From assembly GCA_963718585.1 (NCBI GenBank), contig OY970357.1, forward strand, positions 600,001 to 632,000: DNA of 32,000 bases, written 5' to 3'. Source of the DNA: Candidatus Saccharimonadota bacterium (GTDB lineage: Bacteria; Patescibacteriota; Patescibacteriia; 2-12-FULL-60-25). The position numbers and the translations under genes are program-made. Position 1 is the stretch's first letter. Each line of letters starts with the position of its first letter. Below the pieces are notes generated by a model. It saw only the letters and a list, made by a program, of their open reading frames with translations. It was not told the origin of the DNA and did no database searches. This document shows positions 1 to 8,123 of this stretch, one piece after another.

Positions 1-283
1 CGACGAACACGTCGATCGGCGCGAGGCGCGTCCCTTCGGGCGCTTGTCCCGCCAGCCGCTCCCCGGTCGCGGGATCGAATTCCGCCTGATGCATCCGGCA
101 CCGCAGGACGTTCCCGCATAACTCGGTCGTGCCACCCATGTGCGTGCAGGCATTCACGTAGGCGCGCAGGGTCCCGTCACGATTGACTGCGATCCCCTTG
201 CGCGGGCCGTACGCGAACGTTGAAGAAGATCCATCCCGGATCTCCCCTTCGCGCGCGACAAGGACCTTTCGCCGGATCGACAT
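1..283 (-). CDS. Rieske [2Fe-2S] domain protein, 5' part only (runs off window start)
   Basis: My own minus-strand translation from ATG 283-281 gives MSIRRKVLVAREGEIRDGSSSTFAYGPRKGIAVNRDGTLRAYVNACTHMGGTTELCGNVLRCRMHQAEFDPATGERL... It carries the Rieske C-x-H ... C-x-x-H pattern (CTH / CRMH). It is absent from the ORF track because no stop lies inside the window. Confidence 0.7.
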   Translation of the reverse strand, partial: MSIRRKVLVAREGEIRDGSSSTFAYGPRKGIAVNRDGTLRAYVNACTHMGGTTELCGNVLRCRMHQAEFDPATGERLAGQAPEGTRLAPIDVFV

Positions 284-290
284 GGTCGCG

Positions 291-296
291 ATTATG
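291..296 (-). promoter_or_regulatory. -10-like CATAAT, 7 nt upstream of the Rieske ATG (leaderless-type arrangement)
   Basis: Read directly: CATAAT cgcgacc ATG on the minus strand. Confidence 0.3.
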
Positions 297-1032
297 ACGG
301 ATCGTCCCCTTCCTGTCGATCCGTCTCCTCTCCCCCCATATCGTAATCGAACAGGTCTTTTTTGATCGAACCTTTGGTCATCATATGGAGTTCGCCGAAG
401 AGATATTTCATCGCGATGGAAAGACGTCCGTCTTTTTCCAACCGACGGACGGACGCGGCGATCGGGTGTGACCGCAAGATGCCGAACGTATGCCCCTGCT
501 TTTTGGCGCGCTGGACATAGTCATGGTCTTCCGCGAACACGACATCCTCATCGAACCCATTGATCCCGTGATGCGCATGCCGCCGCACGAGGATGCAGAA
601 CCCAGGCGCATGCGGACGGATCTTTTCGGTCGCGATGACGTAGGCGTTGTATGCTTCGTGCAACGCGCGATCGATCGGCTTGCGACTCAACGGCCTCACT
701 TTGCATGTCGCGACATCGAGCCCTTTGCGATCCATCTCTGCGACGCATTCTTCGAGGAACTTGCTCGACGGCAACTGCACATCCGCGTCGAAGAACGCGA
801 TGATGTCACCTTCCGCATGCAAAGCCCCTTTGTTCCGTCCGGGACCCGGCATCCCTCCTTCGACCACGCGGGCGCCGTACGACGTGGCGATCTCTGTCGT
901 CGTATCCGTGGAATGCGCATCCGCGACGATCACCTCATAGTCTTTGAACGTCTGCGCCTTGATCGTCTCAAGGAGCTTTGGAAGCATCTTTTCCTCATTT
1001 TTGACCGGGATCACGATAGAAACGCGTGGCAT
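292..1032 (-). CDS. Glycosyltransferase family 2 (GT-A fold)
   Basis: ORF track 292..1053. I moved the start to ATG 1032 (MPRVSIVIPVKNEEKMLPKLLETIKAQTF...EVIVADAHSTD), a typical GT2 N-terminus. An FDAD (DxD) motif is present, and TATAAT lies 6 nt upstream of this ATG. Confidence 0.8.
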   Translation of the reverse strand: MPRVSIVIPVKNEEKMLPKLLETIKAQTFKDYEVIVADAHSTDTTTEIATSYGARVVEGGMPGPGRNKGALHAEGDIIAFFDADVQLPSSKFLEECVAEMDRKGLDVATCKVRPLSRKPIDRALHEAYNAYVIATEKIRPHAPGFCILVRRHAHHGINGFDEDVVFAEDHDYVQRAKKQGHTFGILRSHPIAASVRRLEKDGRLSIAMKYLFGELHMMTKGSIKKDLFDYDMGGEETDRQEGDDPS

Positions 1033-1038
1033 AGATCC

Positions 1039-1044
1039 ATTATA
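1039..1044 (-). promoter_or_regulatory. -10 TATAAT, 6 nt upstream of the GT2 ATG 1032
   Basis: Read directly: TATAAT ggatct ATG on the minus strand. Confidence 0.4.
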
Positions 1045-1501
1045 CGCGAACATGCTGCATCGCGTACGCCGCGATGCCCGCCGCGACCGCGACGTTCAAC
1101 GATTCCTTCGTCCCCAGCTGCGCGATGGACACGAGGTCATCACATCGATCGCGAAGCGTGGGCGGGATGCCGGTGACTTCATTTCCAAGCAAGAGCGCGG
1201 TCATTTCCTCCGGCTGATAGGACGCGAGATCAAGAGCCCGCGCATCCAATTCAAGTCCGACGATGCGGAATCCATCCGCATGCAGTTCATCGATCACAGA
1301 GACGACATCTGTCCGCTGTTCCCAGGTGACGCTCTGCTCCGCACCGAGCGCGGTCTTCCGCACACCCGGATGGTCGCCCGACGGCGTGTATCCCGTGATC
1401 CACAATTTCGTCACGCCGAGTGAATCACAGGTACGCAACAAGGACCCCACGTTCTGCGCGGAGCGGATATCATTCGCGATGAGATGGAGGACGTTCGACA
1501 T
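1040..1501 (-). CDS. SpoU/TrmH-family RNA 2'-O-methyltransferase
   Basis: 153 aa. N-terminal NVGSLLRTCDSLGV and C-terminal LLLGNEVTGIP...SIAQLGTKESLNVAVAAGIAAY match the SPOUT knot motifs. Confidence 0.8.
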   Translation of the reverse strand: MSNVLHLIANDIRSAQNVGSLLRTCDSLGVTKLWITGYTPSGDHPGVRKTALGAEQSVTWEQRTDVVSVIDELHADGFRIVGLELDARALDLASYQPEEMTALLLGNEVTGIPPTLRDRCDDLVSIAQLGTKESLNVAVAAGIAAYAMQHVRV

Positions 1502-1548
1502 GATCGAAGATTTGGGCTAGCCTACGCTAAACTTTGCGTTTTGTCACT

Positions 1549-2904
1549 ATGCGATTCGGACACCGCGTCCGCGGGATCATCGAACGCTACGACCAAAAGG
1601 GCCGTGGTGTCCTTGAGGTCCCGGAGACGAAGCCGACCGTGGGTCACGGCACCTTCGCCGTCCCGTTCACAGCGGTCGGCGATGAGGTGACCGCGCGATT
1701 CGTGAGCCGCGACCGCGGTATGAAGATCGCCACGCTCGAACACATCGAGACGCCGAGCCCGGATCGGGTCTCGACGCCCTGCCCGCATGCGGGCGTCTGC
1801 GGGGGTTGTCTCTGGCAGCACCTCGCCTATGAGGCGCAGATCAAGATCAAACACGGCATGATCGATGCGGCCTTCGCGAATGCCGGACACGATGAACGGA
1901 TCGGAACGTTCATCCAAGCCGCGGAAAAATTCCATTATCGCAACCGCATGGATTACGCCGTCGGATGGAATGGGCAGATCGGATTGAAGGAATATGGTTC
2001 CTGGTCACGATACGTGGATCTTTCGACCTGCCTCTTATTGAATGACGGCGTCGGTGAGATCCTCCAGCATGTCCGCGATTGGATGCGCGATGCCGACCTC
2101 CAGCCATATGATGCGAAATTCTACACCGGAGACGTGCGTTACGTGGTGATCCGTGAAGCCAAACACACGGATCAGCGCCTGATCACCCTGGTCGTCAAAG
2201 ACGCGTCACGCGTCAGCGAAGCGCACCGCTCCGCACTTGAGGTCATCCTGTCCCCGTATTGCACATCCCTCCTGCTCGGCGAGCAGTCGCTGAAGACCGA
2301 CCTCTCTCACGCACAGAGATTCGACATCCTGAAGGGCGAACCGTGGTTTGAGGAGGTCGCGAACGGCGTCACCTACCGCATCCACCCCAACTCCTTCTTC
2401 CAGACGAACACGACCATGGCGGAAGAACTCCAACGCGTCGTGAAGGACTACGTCGGCGCACCGAAGACCCTGCTCGATCTCTATTGCGGCCTCGGCTTCT
2501 TTGGGATCTATCTCGCCAAACAAGATCCGTCATTGCACGTCTCCGGATACGAGATCGATGCCGAGGCCATCGCGCTTGCGACGCGGAATGCGAATGCGAA
2601 CGGTGTCGCTGACCGATGCGTCTTCACCTCCGGGCCCGCAGAAGATCTTTCTTGGAAAGATATCGACGCCGACTGCGTCATCCTCGACCCGCCACGCGCT
2701 GGCCTGCATCCGAAGGTCCTCAAGACCGTCATCGAAAAACGACCTGAGACCATCGTGTACGTTTCGTGCAACTACCATCGCCTCGTCGAAGAACTGAAGG
2801 AGTTCAAAGAACACTACACGATCGAAGATGTCGGAGCCCTCGACCTCTTCCCGCACACGCGTCACGTCGAAGTCGTCGTACGGATGGTCAAAAAAGATCT
2901 TTAA
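1549..2904 (+). CDS. RNA (uracil-5)-methyltransferase, RlmD/RumA/TrmA family (TRAM + Fe-S Cys cluster + SAM MTase)
   Basis: ORF 1534..2904; ATG 1549 is preferred over TTG 1534. Cys cluster PCPHAGVCGGCLWQHL, then FFQTN, LDLYCGLGFFG (SAM site), DPPRAG and VYVSCN motifs. Confidence 0.8.
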   Translation: MRFGHRVRGIIERYDQKGRGVLEVPETKPTVGHGTFAVPFTAVGDEVTARFVSRDRGMKIATLEHIETPSPDRVSTPCPHAGVCGGCLWQHLAYEAQIKIKHGMIDAAFANAGHDERIGTFIQAAEKFHYRNRMDYAVGWNGQIGLKEYGSWSRYVDLSTCLLLNDGVGEILQHVRDWMRDADLQPYDAKFYTGDVRYVVIREAKHTDQRLITLVVKDASRVSEAHRSALEVILSPYCTSLLLGEQSLKTDLSHAQRFDILKGEPWFEEVANGVTYRIHPNSFFQTNTTMAEELQRVVKDYVGAPKTLLDLYCGLGFFGIYLAKQDPSLHVSGYEIDAEAIALATRNANANGVADRCVFTSGPAEDLSWKDIDADCVILDPPRAGLHPKVLKTVIEKRPETIVYVSCNYHRLVEELKEFKEHYTIEDVGALDLFPHTRHVEVVVRMVKKDL

Positions 2905-3311
2905 CCCGACAATGGGTAGATCATGAGGATCCCCATGGTGAGAAAAAACAACACCGGGAATGCGAGGGCATACCATACCAGCCGACTCCGCGGATGTTCG
3001 TCCCGCACGAGCCACCTGACCCCTGCGAAGATCATCGCCCACTCCGCGCAGACCACCGCGCCCACGAACACGATATATCCAACGGAAGAATACGGACCAC
3101 GGATGATCAGATCGAGGACATGCAGGATCGGCAGACTATAAAGCAACAAAAGAACGAATGCGATCCCAGAAACCCAGCCCGAGAGCGTATGCGGTTGTCG
3201 TCCTCCGTTCCACCCAAGAACGAAGCTGATGAAGAGCAACGAGCCACCGAAAAAGGCGCCGAGGAGACCGGCGGTCGCGTAGGGATGATCTGAAAACCAT
3301 TTCGTGCGCAT
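2901..3311 (-). CDS. Hypothetical integral membrane protein (about 4 TM)
   Basis: 136-aa ORF made of four hydrophobic stretches. Third-position GC bias is consistent with coding. TAGAGT lies 7 nt upstream of the ATG. Confidence 0.55.
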   Translation of the reverse strand: MRTKWFSDHPYATAGLLGAFFGGSLLFISFVLGWNGGRQPHTLSGWVSGIAFVLLLLYSLPILHVLDLIIRGPYSSVGYIVFVGAVVCAEWAMIFAGVRWLVRDEHPRSRLVWYALAFPVLFFLTMGILMIYPLSG

Positions 3312-3315
3312 CTGC

Positions 3316-3321
3316 TATACT
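3316..3321 (+). promoter_or_regulatory. -10 TATACT, 7 nt upstream of the era ATG
   Basis: TATACT ctatcgc ATG. The whole divergent intergenic region is only 17 nt. Confidence 0.4.
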
Positions 3322-3324
3322 CTA
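3319..3324 (-). promoter_or_regulatory. -10 TAGAGT, 7 nt upstream of ATG 3311
   Basis: TAGAGT atagcag ATG on the minus strand. It overlaps the era -10 by 3 nt. Confidence 0.35.
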
Positions 3325-3328
3325 TCGC

Positions 3329-4183
3329 ATGAGATCCAGTTTCGTCATGCTCGCCGGCCGATCCAACGTGGGGAAATCCACGTTGTTGAATGCGATCGTC
3401 GGTACCAAGGTCGCGATCACGACACCCAAACCCCAGACCACCCGCCACCCGGTCCGGGGGATCCTGCACGATGCCCGGGGACAACTCGTCTTCGTCGACA
3501 CGCCCGGCGTCTTCCTCGGCCGGAAGGATCGCGTGTCCAAGGCGCTGAACGAATTCGTCCACGAGACGCTTGAGGGCGTAGATGCCATCGTCTATGTCAT
3601 GGACCCGACGCGCGAGATCGGTCCGGAGGAGGAATATATCCAAAACATGCTTCGCGCCGTGAAGATCCCCATCGTCGCCGTGATCAATAAGGCGGACCTC
3701 CCCATCCTCGCGCGACCATATCTGGAGACCTACAGGGCGGTCGATGTCGGCCAGATCGAGACGCTCAACATGAGCGCAAAGAAGCATAAAGAACTCAACC
3801 GTCTCGTTGACGTCCTGTATGAGATCGCCCCTGAAGGCGAACCGCATTATCCGGATCTGCAGCTGACGGATCTCGGACACAATCAATGGCTCGAAGAGCT
3901 CATCCGGGAAAAGGTCTTCCTCGCCCTTGACGAGGAGATCCCATACAGCACCAAGGTCTCCCTTGAGGATCTCGAGGTCCGCCCCGATGGCTCGCGCTAT
4001 ATCGCCGCGAACATCTGGACCACGGACGACCGTTATCGAAAGATGATCATCGGCGCGAAAGCGCAGAAGATCAAAGCGATCAGCATGGCCGCACGCAAGG
4101 AAATGGAGGCGGTCTCCAACATGAAGATCTTCCTCGAGCTGCAGGTCAAGGTCGATCCCAAATGGCAGGAACGATTCGTGTGA
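3329..4183 (+). CDS. era: GTPase Era
   Basis: G1 GRSNVGKSTLLN, G3 DTPG and G4 NKAD motifs with a C-terminal KH-like region, 284 aa. TATACT lies 7 nt upstream of the ATG. Confidence 0.9.
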   Translation: MRSSFVMLAGRSNVGKSTLLNAIVGTKVAITTPKPQTTRHPVRGILHDARGQLVFVDTPGVFLGRKDRVSKALNEFVHETLEGVDAIVYVMDPTREIGPEEEYIQNMLRAVKIPIVAVINKADLPILARPYLETYRAVDVGQIETLNMSAKKHKELNRLVDVLYEIAPEGEPHYPDLQLTDLGHNQWLEELIREKVFLALDEEIPYSTKVSLEDLEVRPDGSRYIAANIWTTDDRYRKMIIGAKAQKIKAISMAARKEMEAVSNMKIFLELQVKVDPKWQERFV

Positions 4184-4184
4184 T

Positions 4185-4955
4185 ATGGCATACGGTTCTG
4201 AAAATCCCTTCCGCGCGCCATCGAGACGCGGCCGCCGACCATCGCCATTCTCGATGCGCATGGAAGGTCCACGCACGCCCAACGAGATCGCACGCGCCCG
4301 GAAGGAACGCGCGCAGGGACATGAACCCGAAGCTGGGATCGAGCACATGCCGTCCGTCACAGATCTGTACGCCTATCTGAAGACGCACGGACATGAAGAA
4401 GCGTGTGCGAACGCCTATTCATGCGACCCCTGGAAATACGAACCCGTCCTCTTTGAGGACCTCATCGATATCCGCGCGACCACGAACGATGCGGTGGCGT
4501 TGCGTGAACTACGGGGCCTGATCCGCGCCGGATCGTGGATGACCTATGAACGCCAGACTCCGGAAGACCTCCGATCGCATCTCAAGACCGTGCGCACACG
4601 CGAACAGCAAGAATGGGAATGGCGGATCCGAAACGCCGACCCGGACACCTCAAAAGAGTATCGCGAAGGCATGAAAGAAGAGATGGAGGATCTGGATCAG
4701 GTCGAGCATGCCTTACGGATGCACGCCGTCGGTGAGGAAGCAGCCAAAGCAGCGAAGACCGTTGAAGACCTCGCAGCGAGTGCCTGGCTCGAGTTGAAGA
4801 AACAGGTCGCCGCAAATGGTTTAGAATGGGACGATGTCCCACACGCGTCGGAAACGCGTCAATTATACAAAGAGGTCGAAGGGCTTCGACCGTTGCGCGA
4901 CGAGCTCTACTTCCGATCCCTGTACCCGAATCTCGCCACGCACGGGCGAGCATAA
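4185..4955 (+). CDS. Hypothetical protein, start-coupled to era (start uncertain)
   Basis: The ATG sits 1 nt after the era stop. 256 aa with a basic, disordered-looking N-terminus and an acidic helical remainder. I recognise no motif. Internal ATGs (e.g. MPSVTDLY...) are possible alternative starts. Confidence 0.5.
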   Translation: MAYGSENPFRAPSRRGRRPSPFSMRMEGPRTPNEIARARKERAQGHEPEAGIEHMPSVTDLYAYLKTHGHEEACANAYSCDPWKYEPVLFEDLIDIRATTNDAVALRELRGLIRAGSWMTYERQTPEDLRSHLKTVRTREQQEWEWRIRNADPDTSKEYREGMKEEMEDLDQVEHALRMHAVGEEAAKAAKTVEDLAASAWLELKKQVAANGLEWDDVPHASETRQLYKEVEGLRPLRDELYFRSLYPNLATHGRA

Positions 4956-4975
4956 CCCCCAAGGCCGTTGGGGTG

Positions 4976-5004
4976 TTGACAGGCCCTTCAAAACGACATA
5001 GTCT
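4976..5004 (+). promoter_or_regulatory. Sigma70-like promoter TTGACA-17-TAGTCT
   Basis: TTGACA at 4976-4981, a 17-nt spacer, TAGTCT at 4999-5004. Lies upstream of the small CDS 5071..5301. Confidence 0.45.
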
Positions 5005-5070
5005 GGCTGAACTGCGTCCTTTTTTTCTTTGGCTTGAATCTGGAACATCCAAACATCGCGAGGTTGACTG

Positions 5071-5301
5071 ATGGCCAAACGCAAAGACAACGACCCGTTC
5101 AACGGCTCCTGCCGCGGGATCACCCAACACAAGATCGACGAGCTGATCGTGGACGATCACGGGGTCGATGCGCTCCCGCAGCGCACGAGTGAACCGCCAA
5201 GCAAGCCGTTCCATCCCCGCGCCACCGCGGAGGAGGACATCGACGGGCAGCTCTCCTTTGCGCGCGACATCCCGGCGGTCCTCCAACCGGATCGCGACTG
5301 A
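5071..5301 (+). CDS. Small hypothetical protein (76 aa)
   Basis: Strong G/C third-position bias. GAGG lies about 10 nt upstream of the ATG. The gene has its own TTGACA-17-TAGTCT promoter (4976-5004) and a hairpin + T6 terminator (5325-5357). Confidence 0.5.
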   Translation: MAKRKDNDPFNGSCRGITQHKIDELIVDDHGVDALPQRTSEPPSKPFHPRATAEEDIDGQLSFARDIPAVLQPDRD

Positions 5302-5324
5302 CCGCACTCGAGGCGGATCGACTC

Positions 5325-5357
5325 TCCCCGTCCCTGATCCAGGGGGCGGGGTTTTTT
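5325..5357 (+). terminator. Rho-independent terminator
   Basis: CCCCGTCCCT gatcc AGGGGGCGGGG followed by TTTTTT. Confidence 0.7.
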
Positions 5358-6247
5358 CATTCTTTGATGATGTCCTTGATCTCTGTGATCTCGTAATCGT
5401 ACAACCCGCCAAAGTCCATTCCACCGGGGTTCCCGATCTTCATACGCAGAATGAGCGGATCATCCGGATTATCAAGGATATCAATGGTTCCGAACCAATT
5501 GGTCGCCCGGATGACCTGCACGGTCGTCGTCGTCCCATCGACGAGCAGATCATCGGTCCCGGTCGTCGCCGTGGTCAGGAACACATCCGTCCGATCGATG
5601 ACCGCATTGATCCGACTCTGGAGATCTTTGACAACGGAAATGACGGATGCGTCCGTCGAGCGCGCACGATCAAGGAACTCCCCGTCCTCCACACCGTACT
5701 TCAATGTACTCTCATGGACCTTTGAAAGATCTTCGAAGACGTCCTGCGAGATCCACAGACCCCCGGAACCGGCTGCAGATTGCTCTCCGTTCCAGTAGAT
5801 CGGCGGATAGAGCTCGTGCGAACTCTGGAGGTTCGTTTCATTCAGCGTCCCGACATACTGCTTGTTCACGAGTTCAGGCTTTCCCGTCTTCACGTTCGGC
5901 TCCGTGATCTGTGTGTCCGCTTTCCACTGCAAAGACGAAAGCACGCGCGGCGCATACCGTTGAAGTGCGATGGTCCGCGTCACCTCCGGCCCGTAGCCAA
6001 GGGTCCTCGCATATGCAAGTCCCGGCCCGGTAAAGGATTCACGCATCGTAATGACGCTCGACGCCTCCGGAATGATCTTTTTCGCGGCTTCAAGAGGATC
6101 TGCGGCCCCTGTGCCGGTTGAGGACGCGCCCGTACTCGTGCTCGTCGGAAAATGGAGCCCCGACCCCTGAGAAATGGCGCAACCTGCCCCAAAAGTCACA
6201 AGAAGCCCCAAGGCCATAGCGACCCGTATCGCATGCTGTGTTCGCAT
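5357..6247 (-). CDS. Hypothetical lipoprotein
   Basis: Signal peptide with lipobox MRTQHAIRVAMALGLLVTFGAGC followed by an S/T/G-rich linker. No recognisable domain. Confidence 0.65.
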   Translation of the reverse strand: MRTQHAIRVAMALGLLVTFGAGCAISQGSGLHFPTSTSTGASSTGTGAADPLEAAKKIIPEASSVITMRESFTGPGLAYARTLGYGPEVTRTIALQRYAPRVLSSLQWKADTQITEPNVKTGKPELVNKQYVGTLNETNLQSSHELYPPIYWNGEQSAAGSGGLWISQDVFEDLSKVHESTLKYGVEDGEFLDRARSTDASVISVVKDLQSRINAVIDRTDVFLTTATTGTDDLLVDGTTTTVQVIRATNWFGTIDILDNPDDPLILRMKIGNPGGMDFGGLYDYEITEIKDIIKE

Positions 6248-6255
6248 AAGTCCCG

Positions 6256-6261
6256 ATTCTA
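6256..6261 (-). promoter_or_regulatory. -10 TAGAAT, 8 nt upstream of ATG 6247
   Basis: TAGAAT cgggactt ATG on the minus strand. It overlaps the stop codon of the upstream gene. Confidence 0.3.
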
Positions 6262-6885
6262 TTGGTTCGAATAGTTGACGACAAGGAGCACTTCGTCAAC
6301 CCCCGGGACCTCGGGCTGGTCCGTGATCTGTAACGTGACCGAAGCCCCTTGCCGTAATGCCGTGATCAATTCCGTGTGCGTCTCTGCATTCGTGGACGAG
6401 GTGTGCTCCATGCCCGCCTTGTCAAAGAGGTCCGCATATTCCGCAGTAAGCGCACCTTGTGAGGTCTGAAGATTCTTCCACCCGATCGTCACCGTATCTG
6501 TCGAGGCGATATCCTTTCCGAGCGCATCGAAGGCGCTGTTCGCCGCCGCTGAATTACCGCTGCCCGATGAGACCATGTTGCCGAACAACTTCACCGGCGC
6601 GTAGATGACCTGCCGCATCTTACTCTTGCTGCTTCCCCGCGCCAGGGTCATGCTCACCGCCTGATCCAAGTGCGGTGGGACGAGATCCTTGGGATAATTC
6701 GTCGGGAGCGCGCCGATCGGCTGGATCCCCGGACCGGCCAGCGTCTGAAAAAGAAAAAATCCGCCGATGATCGCCGCGATGACAAGGAGAAGACATCCCC
6801 CGCAACAGATCTGCCACCAAGGACGTCCACCGCGTTCCGTCTCGCGTACTTCGACCGGTTCTGAGGCCGCCTGTTCGTTTTCCAT
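6259..6885 (-). CDS. Hypothetical membrane-anchored exported protein
   Basis: ORF track 6259..7047. I moved the start to ATG 6885 (MENEQAASEP...) because the longer form overlaps the divergent bcp gene. One N-terminal TM segment (LLLVIAAIIGGFFLF). TATGCT lies 6 nt upstream of the ATG. Confidence 0.6.
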   Translation of the reverse strand: MENEQAASEPVEVRETERGGRPWWQICCGGCLLLVIAAIIGGFFLFQTLAGPGIQPIGALPTNYPKDLVPPHLDQAVSMTLARGSSKSKMRQVIYAPVKLFGNMVSSGSGNSAAANSAFDALGKDIASTDTVTIGWKNLQTSQGALTAEYADLFDKAGMEHTSSTNAETHTELITALRQGASVTLQITDQPEVPGVDEVLLVVNYSNQ

Positions 6886-6891
6886 GCCGTC

Positions 6892-6897
6892 AGCATA
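6892..6897 (-). promoter_or_regulatory. -10 TATGCT, 6 nt upstream of ATG 6885
   Basis: TATGCT gacggc ATG on the minus strand. Confidence 0.35.
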
Positions 6898-6978
6898 CCT
6901 GAGCCCCTTCCCCGCGTCGAGATGACCCATGGCTTGCCCATGTTCCCGACCGGGTCTATCATACGCAGAACAGTCGCT

Positions 6979-7446
6979 ATGGGAAAAACAGCAAAAACCT
7001 CCCCCTGGTTGGGCAAGACCGCGCCGGACTTCACTCTCATCGATCAAAACGGTGCGACTGTCTCATTGAGATCATTTAAGGGCAAACAACGGGTCATTCT
7101 CATCTTCTATCCCGGCGATCGGACACCAGGTTGCACTATGCAGTTGTGTGCGATCCGTGACGATTGGCAGAAGTTCATCACCGCGGGGATCGCCGTCTTT
7201 GGGATCAACCACGGAGACGCCGGGAGCCATCGACGATTCCGTGATGATTGCGGCCTCCCCTTTCCCCTGCTCGTGGATGCGGATAAGAAGGTCAGTTCGA
7301 AGTTTGACGCGACGTACAAGATCGGTCCGGTCAATGTGATCCGTCGCACGGTCGTCGGCATCGACACGAATGGCACGGTCGTGTATTACCGAAGAGGAAT
7401 ACCGAAAGACGCGGACATTCTGAAGGCGATCCTCACAAAAAGCTAG
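6979..7446 (+). CDS. bcp: Thiol peroxidase, Bcp-type peroxiredoxin
   Basis: GKTAPDFTL...ILIFYPGDRTPGCTMQLCAIRD matches the Bcp/PrxQ active site. The start is set to ATG 6979 (the ORF track starts at 6922). Confidence 0.85.
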   Translation: MGKTAKTSPWLGKTAPDFTLIDQNGATVSLRSFKGKQRVILIFYPGDRTPGCTMQLCAIRDDWQKFITAGIAVFGINHGDAGSHRRFRDDCGLPFPLLVDADKKVSSKFDATYKIGPVNVIRRTVVGIDTNGTVVYYRRGIPKDADILKAILTKS

Positions 7447-7507
7447 AAGCTGGAATCTTGATGCGATCGATCGGTCCATCGCTCACCTCAAGATTCTAGA
7501 TCCTAAC
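7443..7507. repeat. Inverted arrays of a degenerate heptamer (CTAGAAG-like), locus A
   Basis: The left arm is CTAGAAG CTGGAAT CTTGATG. A 23-nt spacer follows. The right arm is CTCAAGA TTCTAGA TCCTAAC. The region ends 13 nt before the sod ATG. Confidence 0.7.
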
Positions 7508-7520
7508 GACATACCTTCAT

Positions 7521-8123
7521 ATGAAGACCGAATCCAAACCCCTCCCATTTTCCGGATCCCTGCAGGGCATCTCGGACAAGACGATCGCGATCCATCACGA
7601 CAAGCTGTACGCCGGCTACGTCGCGAAGAAGAACGAGATCACAGAGAAGCTTGCCCCGCTGATGCAGGGCGGCGACGTCAGCAAGGCCAATCAGACCTAT
7701 TCTGACTTCCGCGCACTGAAAGATGGCGAGACCTTCGCCACCAACGGCGTCTATCTCCACGAATACTACTTTGACGTGCTTGGCGGCGACGGGGCGGCAT
7801 CCGGCTCGCTCGCAGACGCGCTTACTGCACAGTACGGTTCGTTGGAAAACTTCATGACCTACTTCACGGCCTGTGGCATGGCCGCGCGTGGTTGGGTCGT
7901 CCTCTGCTGGGACAGCAAGGAAAAGGAGCTCCGTGTGTACACCGGCGACGCTCATAATCAGGGCGGCGTCTGGGGCTGCCTCCCGCTCATCGTCCTCGAC
8001 GTCTATGAGCACGCCTACTTCATCGACTACGGATCGGACCGCAAGTCCTACATCGCGGACTTCTGGAAGAACCTGAACTGGGCCAAGGCGACGGAGTTGT
8101 ACACAGCGGCAAACAGAAGCTAG
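7521..8123 (+). CDS. Fe/Mn-family superoxide dismutase
   Basis: The metal-ligand pattern IHH...Y (N-terminal), LHEYYF and DVYEHAYF (D-x-x-x-H) is present. 200 aa. Confidence 0.85.
   Translation: MKTESKPLPFSGSLQGISDKTIAIHHDKLYAGYVAKKNEITEKLAPLMQGGDVSKANQTYSDFRALKDGETFATNGVYLHEYYFDVLGGDGAASGSLADALTAQYGSLENFMTYFTACGMAARGWVVLCWDSKEKELRVYTGDAHNQGGVWGCLPLIVLDVYEHAYFIDYGSDRKSYIADFWKNLNWAKATELYTAANRS

Noticed and set aside
4181-4183. Alternative genetic code (UGA reassignment), as seen in some candidate phyla
   Set aside because: TGA terminates well-delimited genes at the expected lengths (era at 4181-4183, ftsE, ftsX, and the small CDS ending at 5301). No conserved protein requires read-through of TGA.
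3107-4360. 417-aa ORF antisense to era
   Set aside because: It fully overlaps the well-supported era gene and the gene after it. Its composition is Arg/Gly/Asp-rich with no motifs. Long stop-free antisense frames are expected when the sense strand uses G/C-ending codons.
4582-5424. 280-aa minus-strand ORF spanning the 4956-5070 intergenic region
   Set aside because: It crosses a promoter, a terminator and two plus-strand genes that have better codon bias. It is Arg/Ser-rich.
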